The notes beneath the pieces are model-generated. The model was not told the origin of the DNA and ran no database searches. It was given only the letters and a program-made list of their open reading frames with translations. A stretch of 64,000 nt of DNA from Thermoplasmata archaeon (lineage in GTDB: Archaea; Thermoplasmatota; Thermoplasmata; Lutacidiplasmatales; UBA184), in assembly GCA_033854115.1 (NCBI GenBank), contig JAWOKS010000002.1, forward strand, positions 9,984 to 73,983, given 5' to 3'. Below, one piece after another: positions 26,153 to 35,853 of this stretch. Position 1 is the first letter of the stretch. Every line of letters starts with the position of its first letter. A program made the translations under genes and the position numbers.

Positions 26153-28786
26153 ATGCCTGACGGGCCTGCCGCCTCAACCCCTCTCCTCGAGCAGTACGAG
26201 GGCGTCAAGGGCCGCTACCCGGGTCATCTCGTCCTCTTCCGCGTCGGCGACTTCTACGAGACGTTCGGAGAGGACGCCCGCCTGCTCGCGCGCGAGCTCG
26301 ACGTCGTGCTCACCGCGCGGGCGCCCGACGCTCGGGGCGATCGCACCCCGATGGCCGGTGTCCCGCACCATGCGGTCGAGACCTACCTCGGGCGCCTCGT
26401 GCGCAAGGGGTTCAAGGTCGCCCTCTGCGATCAGGTCGAGGACCCTCGCTCCGCGCAGGGCCTCGTCCGCCGCGAGGTGACCCGAGTCGTCACCCCGGGC
26501 ACCGTGGTCGAGGAAGGGATCCTCGGCGGGCCCGAGCACAGCTTCCTCGCGTGCGTCGCGCTCGCGGGCGGGGGGGCCGGCTCCTACGCCGCGGTCGACG
26601 TGAGCACGGGCGAGTGGCTCCGGGGACCCGCCGACGGCCCCGGCGTGGAGGGCCTCCTGTCGTGCCTTGCCGCGATGCAGCCCCGGGAGATCCTCTGGAC
26701 CGCACCGCCCGCCGACGCCGCGGCCCTCGTGCGGGAGCTCCGCCGGGAGTTCCCGCGCGCCCGGCTCGAGGAGGCCCCGGCGCCCGTGGCCGCGGCCGAG
26801 CTGCCGGCTGCGATCCGTTCCGACGAGGCCGGGCCGTCGGTCGCCGCGGAGCCGGACCGGCGCCTCGTCGCGTTCCTCCGCGCCACTCAGCCGCGCCTCC
26901 TTCCCCACGTGGCCCTCGTCGACCGCGGCTCGGGCGGGCGGCGCCTCGTGCTCGACGCGAAGACGCTGCGGCACCTCGAGATCTCGCGGCCGATGAACCC
27001 GGACGACCCGGGCGCTCCGACCCTCCTCTCCGCCTGGGACGCGACGTCGACCGCCGCCGGTCGGCGGACGCTCGCGTTCTGGCTGACGAACCCTCTCGCG
27101 GACGTCGCGCGCATCGAGGCCCGGCTCGGAGCGGTCGCCTGGCTGGTCGAGGCGCGCTCCGACCGGGTCCGCTGGCGGTCCCGCCTCCAGGGCCTCGCCG
27201 ACCTCGGTCGGATCGCGGCGCGCGCGGCGAGCCGTCGGGTCCGCCCCGACGAGCTCGTGAGCCTCCGCGCGGGGCTCCGCACGGTCCGGCTCCTCGGGGA
27301 GGAGCTCCGCGGCGGCGCCCCCGCGGGTCCTCTCGGAGAGATCGGGCAGGAGCTCGACCCCCCGCCCGAACTGATCGACGTACTCGCGGCGAGCCTGCCC
27401 GAGGCGGTCGCGCCCGGCGCCACCACGAGCGAGCTCGTGCGGTCCGGCTTCTCCGCCGAGGTCGACCGCTACCGCACCGAGGAAGAGACCGCCCTCGCGG
27501 AGCTCACGGCGCTCGAGCGACGCGAACAGGGCGCGACCGGCATCAAGACGCTCAAGGTCGGCTACAACCAGGTCTTCGGCCACTACTTCGAGGTCACCCG
27601 GCCGAACCTCGGGCGGGTCCCGCCGCACTTCCGGCGCAAGCAGACGGTCGCGCAGGCCGAGAGGTTCGTCAGCGACGAGCTCCTCGGGATCGCCGAGCGG
27701 ATCGTCGCGGCGCGGGAGGCCGCCCGCCTCGCCGCGGAGGGGGTCTGGGAGGAGCTCCTCGCGCGCATCGACCGCGAGGTCGTGCGCATCCACCGGGTCG
27801 CGCGGGCGGTCGGGGCGCTCGACGCGCTCCTCACGTTCGCGCATCTCGCCGTCGAGCGCGGCTACGTCCGCCCGACGGTCGACGCCTCGGGCGCGATCGT
27901 CGTGCGGGACGGCCGGCACCCGGTCCTCGACCGCCAGCTCGGCGAGCGGTTCGTGCCGAACGACGTGGAGCTCGACGCGGCGGGCGAGCGCCTGCTCGTC
28001 CTCACCGGCCCGAACATGTCGGGCAAGTCGACCTACATGCGCCAGGTCGGTCTCCTCGTCGTCCTCGCGCAGGCCGGCTCGTTCGTGCCGGCCCGCTTCG
28101 CGCGGATCGGGCTCGTGACGCAGCTGTTCACCCGGATGGGGTTCACCGACGAGATCGGGCGGGGGAAGTCGAGCTTCATGGTCGAGATGACCGAGGTCGC
28201 CGAGATCCTCCGCGCCGCGGACGAGCGCTCGCTTGTCCTGCTCGACGAGGTCGGCCGGGGGACGAGCACCTTCGACGGGCTCGCGCTCGCCTGGGGGACG
28301 CTGCGCCACCTTCACGATGTCGTGCGGGCTCGCACGGTCCTCGCGACGCACTACCACCAGCTCACGAGCCTCGTCGGGAGTCTCGCCGCGGCCCGGAACG
28401 GCCACTTCGCCGTCCAGGACCGCGCGGAGGGCGTCGTCTTCCTCCACCGCCTCGTCCCGGGCGCGACCGACCGCAGCTACGGGGTGCACGTCGCGAAGCT
28501 CGCCGGCGTCCCGCCTGGCGTGCTCGACGAGGCCGGCCGTCTCCTCGAGGAGCTCGAGGCCGGCCTCCCGGTCGCGCCCCCGGTCGCCCGCGGGGCCCGG
28601 GCGCGCGGCGCGCGCGGCACGCGCTACACCCAGGCCGTGCTCCTCGCGGCGCCCGGCCCGGACGCGGACCCGCTCGCGGACGAGCTGCGTCGGCTCGACG
28701 TGAACGGGCTGACGGCGGAGGAGGCCCGGGCGAAGCTCCTCGAGCTGAAGCAGAAGGCCGCCGACCGCCCGGGAGCCGCGCCGTGA
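26153..28786 (+). CDS. mutS: DNA mismatch repair protein MutS (bacterial MutS1 type)
   Basis: TPLLEQYEGVKGRYPGHLVLFRVGDFYETF mismatch-binding N-terminus, Walker A GPNMSGKST, DEVGRGTSTFDG. Confidence 0.95.
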   Translation: MPDGPAASTPLLEQYEGVKGRYPGHLVLFRVGDFYETFGEDARLLARELDVVLTARAPDARGDRTPMAGVPHHAVETYLGRLVRKGFKVALCDQVEDPRSAQGLVRREVTRVVTPGTVVEEGILGGPEHSFLACVALAGGGAGSYAAVDVSTGEWLRGPADGPGVEGLLSCLAAMQPREILWTAPPADAAALVRELRREFPRARLEEAPAPVAAAELPAAIRSDEAGPSVAAEPDRRLVAFLRATQPRLLPHVALVDRGSGGRRLVLDAKTLRHLEISRPMNPDDPGAPTLLSAWDATSTAAGRRTLAFWLTNPLADVARIEARLGAVAWLVEARSDRVRWRSRLQGLADLGRIAARAASRRVRPDELVSLRAGLRTVRLLGEELRGGAPAGPLGEIGQELDPPPELIDVLAASLPEAVAPGATTSELVRSGFSAEVDRYRTEEETALAELTALERREQGATGIKTLKVGYNQVFGHYFEVTRPNLGRVPPHFRRKQTVAQAERFVSDELLGIAERIVAAREAARLAAEGVWEELLARIDREVVRIHRVARAVGALDALLTFAHLAVERGYVRPTVDASGAIVVRDGRHPVLDRQLGERFVPNDVELDAAGERLLVLTGPNMSGKSTYMRQVGLLVVLAQAGSFVPARFARIGLVTQLFTRMGFTDEIGRGKSSFMVEMTEVAEILRAADERSLVLLDEVGRGTSTFDGLALAWGTLRHLHDVVRARTVLATHYHQLTSLVGSLAAARNGHFAVQDRAEGVVFLHRLVPGATDRSYGVHVAKLAGVPPGVLDEAGRLLEELEAGLPVAPPVARGARARGARGTRYTQAVLLAAPGPDADPLADELRRLDVNGLTAEEARAKLLELKQKAADRPGAAP

Positions 28787-30588
28787 CGGCCCCGGGGGGC
28801 CCCGCGAGGACGCCGATCCGCCGCCTTTCGCGCGACGTGGTCGAGAAGATCGCGGCGGGCGAGGTCGTCGAGCGTCCGGCTTCCGTCGTTAAGGAGCTTG
28901 TCGAGAACGCGATCGATGCCGGTTCGACCTCGGTCACCGTCCGCCTCGCCGAAGGCGGCCTCGGCCGGATCGAGGTCGCGGACGATGGGACGGGGATCCC
29001 GGCGGAGGAGCTCGAGCTCGCCGTCGAACGGCACGCGACGAGCAAGCTGCCGCCGACCGGCCCCGTCGAGCGGATCGGCTCGCTCGGCTTCCGGGGCGAG
29101 GCGCTGGCCGCGATCGCCGCGGTCGCGCACCTTCGTCTCGTTTCGCGTCCTCCCGGGGCGGAGGTCGGCGAAGGGATCGAGGTCGCGGCCGGGGCGACGA
29201 GGGGGCGGTTCGCCGCGCCGAGGGCGCCGGGGACCACCGTCGAGGTGCGGGACCTCTTCTACAACACGCCGGCCCGGAGGAAGTTCCTCGGATCGGCCGT
29301 GCGGGAGCAGCTCGAGGTCCTGCGCACGGCCGAGCGGATCTACCTCGCCCGCCCCACGGTCGCGCTTCGGCTCGAGACGGAGGCCGGGGAGGTCGCGAAC
29401 TACCCCGCGACCGACGACCTCGCGGAGGCGGCGGCCCGCGCGCTCGGCTCCGAGTTCCCGGACCGGTCGTTCCCCCTCCGCTGCGCCTGCCCCGGCGGGG
29501 AGATCGTGGGCGTCCTCGGCCGGCCCGAGCTCGCCTCCGCGATCTCGACCCGGCTCTTCCTCGCCGTGAACGGCCGGCCGATCGTCGCGCGGGCGCTCGC
29601 GCAGGCCGTACGGTCGGGCTTCGGCGACGCGATCCCGCGGTCCCGCTTCCCGGTCGGCGTGCTCCACCTCACGATCGACGCGGACCGCCTCGACGTCAAC
29701 GTCCATCCGACCAAGCGGGAGGTCCGGCTCGCGGCCGAGCGCGACGTGGCGGAGGCCCTTCGGCGGGGCGTGGGGGCGGCGCTCCGATCGGCGGGCCGCC
29801 CCGTTCCGCTCCCGGAGCCGTCGCGGTCCCCGGCGCCCGCCCTCGGTGGAAGCCGCCCCTCCCAACCCCCGCCCGTTCCCTCCGCGCCCGCTCCGGGGGT
29901 CGCCCGCGCGGCCGGGGGACCGGAGCCGCTCGCACGTGTCGGGACCCAGCGGACCCTCCCGGTCGCGGACGCCTCCCCGCTGGGCACCGGCTACACCCTC
30001 CCTTCGGGGTCGTCCCAGCTCGAGCTCCTCGGGCCGGTCCAGGCGCTCTACTGGGCGGCGGCGAGCGACCGCGGGCTCGTCCTCATCGACCAGCACGCGG
30101 CGAGCGAGCGATTGCTCTACGCGACGCTGCGCCGGGGCGGGGTGATCGCGCGTCAGACGCTGGTCGAGCCGATCGTCCTCGCGCTCACCGCGGCCGAGCG
30201 CGTGACGCTCGAGGCGCACGCCGAGGAGGTGCGCGCGGCGGGCTTCGAGGTCGAGCCGTTCGGACCGGGGACGCTCCGCGTCGTGGGCGTCCCGTCCTAC
30301 CGCGGCCGGACGGTGCGGGCCGACGCGGTGCGCGAGCTGCTCGGGGAGCTGGGCGACGGCGGCCGGCCCACGGTCCCGGACGGCCTCGAGGAGCGACGCG
30401 CGGCCTCGATCGCCTGCCACGCGGCGATCCGTGCGGGCGATGTCGTCGAGCGCACGACGATCGCCGAGATCCTGCGCGCGCTCGACCGCCTCCCCGAACG
30501 TCCCTCGTCCTGTCCCCACGGTCGGCCGATCATGATCCTCCTATCGCGCGCCCGGCTCGACCGGTGGTTCCTCCGCTCGGGGGCATGA
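28783..30588 (+). CDS. mutL: DNA mismatch repair protein MutL
   Basis: GTG overlaps the mutS stop (GTGA). GHKL N-terminus (IAAGEVVERPASVVKELVENAIDAG). C-terminal endonuclease motifs DQHAASERLLYA, ACHAAIRAG and CPHGRP. Confidence 0.9.
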   Translation: MTAPGGPARTPIRRLSRDVVEKIAAGEVVERPASVVKELVENAIDAGSTSVTVRLAEGGLGRIEVADDGTGIPAEELELAVERHATSKLPPTGPVERIGSLGFRGEALAAIAAVAHLRLVSRPPGAEVGEGIEVAAGATRGRFAAPRAPGTTVEVRDLFYNTPARRKFLGSAVREQLEVLRTAERIYLARPTVALRLETEAGEVANYPATDDLAEAAARALGSEFPDRSFPLRCACPGGEIVGVLGRPELASAISTRLFLAVNGRPIVARALAQAVRSGFGDAIPRSRFPVGVLHLTIDADRLDVNVHPTKREVRLAAERDVAEALRRGVGAALRSAGRPVPLPEPSRSPAPALGGSRPSQPPPVPSAPAPGVARAAGGPEPLARVGTQRTLPVADASPLGTGYTLPSGSSQLELLGPVQALYWAAASDRGLVLIDQHAASERLLYATLRRGGVIARQTLVEPIVLALTAAERVTLEAHAEEVRAAGFEVEPFGPGTLRVVGVPSYRGRTVRADAVRELLGELGDGGRPTVPDGLEERRAASIACHAAIRAGDVVERTTIAEILRALDRLPERPSSCPHGRPIMILLSRARLDRWFLRSGA

Positions 30589-31145
30589 GCAGCCCCGGGA
30601 AGCCTCCGCGGCCGCGTCCTGCCGAGCGGCAGCTGCTCGAGGCGGTCGCGCAGCATCTCGCGGAGCTCGGCTACCGCACGTACGTCGATCCGGACGGGAC
30701 CGACTACTTTGACCTCGCCGTGCGCCGCGGTGCCGAGGTCGGCCTCGTGGAGGGGAAGGTCGGACGCCCCTCGGCCGTCCTGGGCCAGGCGCTCCGCCGT
30801 CGCCCGTGGGCCGACTGGGTCGCCGTGGTGCTCCCCTCCGACCGGTCGGCCGAGCGCCTCGTCGCCCGGACCGCAGCGCGCCGCGCGTCGTTCGTGGGCG
30901 TGTTCGCCTACGAGGCGGGGCGCCTCCGAGAGGTGCGGCCCCCGGGCTCGACGCACCCCTCGGGCGAGGACGACCCGTTCGCGGCGACCCGCGCGCTCTT
31001 CCGGGGGCTCCTCGAGGGACTGGACGATGGCTCGATCCCGGCGGGGGCCCGGTGGTCGGGCGTCGGGCGCGCCGTGCTCCGGGCGAGCGGGGGACGCCGG
31101 TTCGCCGAGTGGCGGCTCGACGAGCCGCCGGGTCCGTCCGGCTAG
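30585..31145 (+). CDS. Hjc-like PD-(D/E)xK nuclease-fold protein
   Basis: ATG overlaps the mutL stop (ATGA). ERQLLEAVAQHLAELGY...YFDLAV...VGLVEGKV parallels the Hjc pattern ERELIKLLEKHGF...VDLVA...IEVK. Confidence 0.5.
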   Translation: MSSPGKPPRPRPAERQLLEAVAQHLAELGYRTYVDPDGTDYFDLAVRRGAEVGLVEGKVGRPSAVLGQALRRRPWADWVAVVLPSDRSAERLVARTAARRASFVGVFAYEAGRLREVRPPGSTHPSGEDDPFAATRALFRGLLEGLDDGSIPAGARWSGVGRAVLRASGGRRFAEWRLDEPPGPSG

Positions 31146-32278
31146 CCCCCCTCGAGGGCTCCGCTCGCCTCGAGCGCCTCGGCGACGTGCCCCGGGTCGA
31201 ACGGGGCGGCGACCGCCCGGCCCCGGTCCGCGAGCTTCCGGCGCTCCGCGGGGTCGGCGAACAGCTCGGCAAGAACGCTCGCCATCCCTCCTCCGTCGCG
31301 GGCCGGCACCCGCCGGACCGCGGCGTCCGCTCCCTCGGGGAGCGGGGCGGAGGGGGAGGCGATGACGGCCGCCCCCGACCGGAGAGCGAGCACGGGGCCG
31401 GGGTCGAACTCCCCGCCGCGTGGGAGCACGATCGCGACGTCGGCCGCGGCGAGCGCGAGCTCGAGCCCGGCGAGGTCCCCCCCCGGGGACACCGAGATCC
31501 CCCCGCCCGTGGGGGCGGTGGCGCCGCGCACGACGAGCCTCGCCCCGGTGAAGATCGGCCGCGTGCGACGGAACGCGTCGAGCACCTCGGTGACCGCACC
31601 GGGGTCGTCCGCGCCCGGGGGCGCGAGAAGGGTCGCGACCGGCACGTCCGTGGGAAGACCGAGCGCCCGCCGAGCGTCCTCCCGCGACGGCGCGGGCCCG
31701 GTGCCCCCGACAGCGGTGGGGATCGACCTCAGGCGGGTCGGCTCGACCCCGTAGCGCGAGCGGAGGGGTTCGGCGAGGCTCGGGGGGTCGCAGACGACCG
31801 CGGTCGCCTCCGCGAGCGCGGCCCGCTCGAGACGGACGACGGCCCGCCGCTCGCCCCAGAGCGCGAGCCTCGCGCGCAGTCCTCCGACCCTCCCCTCGGG
31901 GCCTCGGCCCGCGAGGTGGTCCGCGGCGAGCGAACGGACGACCGCGACCACCGCCCGGGGGCGGTGGCCGTGGCGGATCGGACCGAGACCGGACGGGTCG
32001 CGTACCACCGCGTCCGCCTCGGGCCGAAGGTGACGGCCCGCCTGGTGTGCGAGCTCGGCCTCTCCCTCCCACGAGCCGACGTGCGGGGTCAAGGGCGAGA
32101 ACGCGACCGACGGGATCGCGGGGCGCGGACCCTCGGGCCCCGAGGTGGGGTGGACGACCTGCACCGCGTGCCCGCGCGCGGCGAGCCCGACCGCGAGCGC
32201 CCAGGCGGGCGCGGCCGGGTCGTACGGGTCGTCGTGGGCGGGCCCGGCGGCGACGACATCGATCGTGCGCCGGGGCAT
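31142..32278 (-). CDS. glycosyltransferase (GT4/GT-B-like)
   Basis: N-terminal IDVVAAGPAHDDPYDPAAPAWALAVGLAARGHAVQVVHP and a GT-B C-terminal half. Confidence 0.7.
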   Translation of the reverse strand: MPRRTIDVVAAGPAHDDPYDPAAPAWALAVGLAARGHAVQVVHPTSGPEGPRPAIPSVAFSPLTPHVGSWEGEAELAHQAGRHLRPEADAVVRDPSGLGPIRHGHRPRAVVAVVRSLAADHLAGRGPEGRVGGLRARLALWGERRAVVRLERAALAEATAVVCDPPSLAEPLRSRYGVEPTRLRSIPTAVGGTGPAPSREDARRALGLPTDVPVATLLAPPGADDPGAVTEVLDAFRRTRPIFTGARLVVRGATAPTGGGISVSPGGDLAGLELALAAADVAIVLPRGGEFDPGPVLALRSGAAVIASPSAPLPEGADAAVRRVPARDGGGMASVLAELFADPAERRKLADRGRAVAAPFDPGHVAEALEASGALEGG

Positions 32279-32324
32279 CGTAGGGGCGAGCGACGTCCCG
32301 CCGAAAACAGTTCGCGGGGAGAGG

Positions 32325-33824
32325 CTACGGGGCGGGAAGGAGCGCGGAGGCGAACGAACGGTCCTGGAGGGCGGGCGGCGGGGCGACCCCCATCGCCTGG
32401 AGGATCGTCGGTCCGACGTGGAGGAGCTCCAGGGTGCCGAGCTTCGTGCCCGCCGAGACCCCGTCGCCCGCGCCGATGAAGATCCCGTCCATCCGGTGCG
32501 TTCCCGTGCCGTAGAAGAACGACGGCCGGTCGCGGATCAGGGGCTCAGGATAGGCGAAGTCCATCCTCGGCTCGGTCTCCATCGCGTCGACCCGGATGAG
32601 CAGCGCGGGCGCCCGGCGGAGGTTCTGGCCGCGGTAGACCTCCTCGGGCTGGAACACCTCGATCCTCGCCTCGGGGAACGCTTCGAGGCGCGCCCGGATC
32701 TCACGGAGGACCTCGCGCCGCCGCTCGGGCGTGAGCTCGGGGTTGAACGGGTTCAAGTAGATCCCCTCGGGGACCGGATGCGAGAAGGCGACCGTCCGCC
32801 GCCAGTCGATGCGGTCGGTCGACGCCTCGAACGAGGCGCTGTTGAGGAACCTCGCGAGGTCGCCGTGGCGGCCGCTCCGGATCGTCTCCGCGATCCGCCG
32901 GGTGAGCGGGGTGCCGAGGGGGAGGCGCTGGACGGCGAGGACGAGCCGGGAGACAGCGTTGCGCACGCTGAGCGCCTTCGGGTCGCGGAAGACGAGGAGC
33001 CGCTCGTTCGCAAGCCAGCGGTTCGTCAGGAAGTCGGACCGGATCGCCCCGTGGCCGTGGTCGCTGATCACGAGCGTGAGCGCGGGACCGCCCTGGGCGC
33101 GGAACGCGCGGTCGACGTCCTGGCAGGCGTGGTCGACCGCCCGCCAGAAATCGAGGAGGTCCCGGGGGATGTCCGCGACCGGGCGCGCGAGCTCCTCCCA
33201 GAGCTGGTGCTCGATCCGGTCGGTCTCGCGGAAAAGCGCGAAGAGGAAGTCCGGCCGGTGCCGCTCGGCGAGGGTCGCCGCCGCCCGCGCCCGGGCCCGG
33301 ACCGCCTCCGTCGCGGAGGCCACCCAGGCATCCCGCTCGGCCGCGTGGAAGACGGGGAGCTCGCCGGGGTACGGCCGCCCGAGCTCGGCCTCGACCTCGC
33401 CCCGGAGGTCCCTCGGGTACGACGCCGACCCTTCGGAGAGCATCCCCGGGAGGACGAACCCGTGGAGCGGGTAGCCCGAGAGCATCGGGAAGTTGAGGAC
33501 CCCGACCTTGACGCCGAGGCGCGAGAGCCGATCCCAGAACGCCTCGATCGGCCGGAACGACTGCACGAGCCGGGAGGCGCCGGGGGCCTCTCCCGGCTCC
33601 GCGAAGCCGAAGATCCCGAGCTCGCCCGGGTCTCGACCGGTCGCGAACGAGTACCACGCCGGGATCGTCTTCGCCGGGTAGACGCTCCGGAGCGGGGCGC
33701 GGACGCCGCGGACGACGAGCGACCGGAGGAACGGGAGCTCGCCCGCCTCCATCAGCGGGTCGAGGAGGCGGAACGTCCCGCCGTCCAGTCCGAGTACGAG
33801 GACCCTACGCAGCGGCGCGGGCAT
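32325..33824 (-). CDS. alkaline-phosphatase-superfamily protein (type I phosphodiesterase/nucleotide pyrophosphatase family)
   Basis: VLVLGLDGG, TIPAWYSFATGRDPGELGIFGF, VISDHGHG. Confidence 0.8.
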   Translation of the reverse strand: MPAPLRRVLVLGLDGGTFRLLDPLMEAGELPFLRSLVVRGVRAPLRSVYPAKTIPAWYSFATGRDPGELGIFGFAEPGEAPGASRLVQSFRPIEAFWDRLSRLGVKVGVLNFPMLSGYPLHGFVLPGMLSEGSASYPRDLRGEVEAELGRPYPGELPVFHAAERDAWVASATEAVRARARAAATLAERHRPDFLFALFRETDRIEHQLWEELARPVADIPRDLLDFWRAVDHACQDVDRAFRAQGGPALTLVISDHGHGAIRSDFLTNRWLANERLLVFRDPKALSVRNAVSRLVLAVQRLPLGTPLTRRIAETIRSGRHGDLARFLNSASFEASTDRIDWRRTVAFSHPVPEGIYLNPFNPELTPERRREVLREIRARLEAFPEARIEVFQPEEVYRGQNLRRAPALLIRVDAMETEPRMDFAYPEPLIRDRPSFFYGTGTHRMDGIFIGAGDGVSAGTKLGTLELLHVGPTILQAMGVAPPPALQDRSFASALLPAP

Positions 33825-33898
33825 CGATCACCGGGCGTGCGTCCTCGTCGCACGGGTGGGGGCGCTATAACGTGGCGCTCCGGCCCGGAAGGTCGCGG

Positions 33899-35803
33899 TC
33901 AGAGGACGCGCACCGCCTCGAGGTTGAACGGCACGCGCGACTCGACCCCGAAGCGCTTGTGGAGGCTCGAGCACAGGTCGACGGCCTTCGATTCCTCGCC
34001 GTGGTTAAGAATGATTCGTTGGGGTCGCGGGTCGAGCGAGGCGACGAAGTTCATCAGCTGGGTCCGGTCCGAGTGGCCCGAGAACCCCTCGATCGTGGCG
34101 AGCTCGAGCCGCACCGGGACCGACCCCTGGCGGGGTCCGTCCCCGAACGCCGCCTCGGAGAGCCCGCGCTGGAGGCGCCGCCCGAACGTTCCCTCCGCCT
34201 GGTAGCCGACGAAGAGGAGCCCGTTCTTCTCGTCCTGGGCCCAGGACCGGAAGTACTCCATCACCGGCCCGCCGCTCATCATTCCCGAGGTCGCGAGGAC
34301 GATGCAGGGCTCCTTCGAGTCGACGATGCCCATCCGCATCTGGCTCGAGTCGACCCGGCGGAAGACGTCGGAGAGGAACGGGTTGTCCCCCTGCTGGAAG
34401 ATCTCGGTGCGCAACTGGCTGTTGAGGAACTCCGGGTACGCCGTGTGGATCGCGGTCGCCTCGAAGATCATCCCGTCGAGGTAGACCGGGACGCGCGGGA
34501 CCTGGCCGCTGCGCATCCGCTCCTCGAGGACGAGCATCACCTCCTGCGAGCGGCCGACCGCGAAGACCGGGACGATCAGCTTCCCCCCGCGCTCGAGGAC
34601 CTTCTTCGTGAGGTGGGCGAACTCGTCCGACGCCTGCTGGCGGGTCGGCTGGACGTCGCGGTACCCGCCGTACGTCGACTCGAGGACGAGCGTCTCGAGC
34701 CGGGGGAAGCGGTTGACCGCCGGGTTGAACAGCCAGCTCCGCTCGAACTTGATGTCGCCCGAGTAGGCGAGGTTGTGGTCGCCCTCGCCGAGGTGGAAGT
34801 GGCAGATCGACGAGCCGAGGATGTGGCCCGCGTTGTGGAGCGTGAGCCGGATGTCCGGGGCGATGTCGGTCGTCTCGCCCCAGCGGAGCGGGATCGTGCG
34901 GGTCACGAGGTCGCGGACGTGGGAGGAGTCGTAGAGGCTCCTCCGCGCCTCCTGGTTGACGACCTTGATCGCGTCGAGCAGCATGAGGGTCATCAGGTCG
35001 CGCGTCGGGGCGGTGCAGTAGACCGGCCCCTTGTAGCCGTACTTGAGCAGGACCGGGACGAGCCCGCAGTGGTCGAGGTGGGCGTGGGTCACGACGACCG
35101 CGTCGAGCGAGTCGAGCGGGAGGAGCTCGGGGGCGTTGAAGAACGGCGTGCGGTCCGAGCCCGGGTCGAGGCCGCAATCGATCAGCACCTTCGAGTTCTG
35201 CGTGGTCAGGAGGTGCGCGCTCCGCCCGACCTCGCGGTAGCCCCCGAGCGCGGTCGTGCGCGCCCAGAGCTTCTCCTCGAGCGGGTCGCGGGCGATCCGG
35301 ATCCCGACCTTCTTGAGGAACGAGCGACGGTCGTCGAACGAGTTGCGGAGGTGGATGCGGACCTCCTCCACGGTCTTCGAGGGGATCGGGGGGGTGCGGA
35401 CGACCGTTGGGACCCAGCCGATCCGCCGCTTGAGGTCGTTGAGGACCGAGCCGCCCCGTCCGATCGCGGCGCCCGGGTTCGCCGCCTCGATCGTCACCTC
35501 GCCCGTCTCGGGCTCGAAGAAGAGCTGGTTGAGCTCGGCCTCGACCGGGATCACCTCTCGGATGACCTTCTCCGCCTCCTTCGGGTCGATCAGGGTCGCG
35601 GGATCCGACCGGACGAGCACGCGGCGGTGGAGGCGCTGCGCGACCTGGCGGAGATAGTCGCCCCCGGAGAGGAACGTCTCGAGCTGCTTCGTGTAGACCA
35701 CGACGTGCGGGCCCTCAAGCTCGATGTCGGTGACCTCGACGGTCTCGGGGAGGACCTCCTTGAGGACCGTCCGTGTTTGCTCTAGGAGCGAGTCGAAACT
35801 CAT
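33899..35803 (-). CDS. aCPSF1/FttA (KH plus beta-CASP metallo-beta-lactamase ribonuclease, transcription termination factor)
   Basis: Two N-terminal KH domains (GAAIGRGGS), VVTHAHLDHCG, beta-CASP C-terminus, 634 aa. Confidence 0.95.
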   Translation of the reverse strand: MSFDSLLEQTRTVLKEVLPETVEVTDIELEGPHVVVYTKQLETFLSGGDYLRQVAQRLHRRVLVRSDPATLIDPKEAEKVIREVIPVEAELNQLFFEPETGEVTIEAANPGAAIGRGGSVLNDLKRRIGWVPTVVRTPPIPSKTVEEVRIHLRNSFDDRRSFLKKVGIRIARDPLEEKLWARTTALGGYREVGRSAHLLTTQNSKVLIDCGLDPGSDRTPFFNAPELLPLDSLDAVVVTHAHLDHCGLVPVLLKYGYKGPVYCTAPTRDLMTLMLLDAIKVVNQEARRSLYDSSHVRDLVTRTIPLRWGETTDIAPDIRLTLHNAGHILGSSICHFHLGEGDHNLAYSGDIKFERSWLFNPAVNRFPRLETLVLESTYGGYRDVQPTRQQASDEFAHLTKKVLERGGKLIVPVFAVGRSQEVMLVLEERMRSGQVPRVPVYLDGMIFEATAIHTAYPEFLNSQLRTEIFQQGDNPFLSDVFRRVDSSQMRMGIVDSKEPCIVLATSGMMSGGPVMEYFRSWAQDEKNGLLFVGYQAEGTFGRRLQRGLSEAAFGDGPRQGSVPVRLELATIEGFSGHSDRTQLMNFVASLDPRPQRIILNHGEESKAVDLCSSLHKRFGVESRVPFNLEAVRVL

Positions 35804-35853
35804 CCTGCCAGGGAAGGGGTTCTCGGGAACGGGTTGGGCGGCGGCGCCGCCCG

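Noticed and set aside
26174-28489. 771-aa minus-strand ORF and the 1345-aa plus-strand ORF 26551-30588
   Set aside because: The first is antisense to mutS. In the second, only the portion from GTG 28783 onward (mutL) is conserved. The upstream part is an out-of-frame read through mutS.
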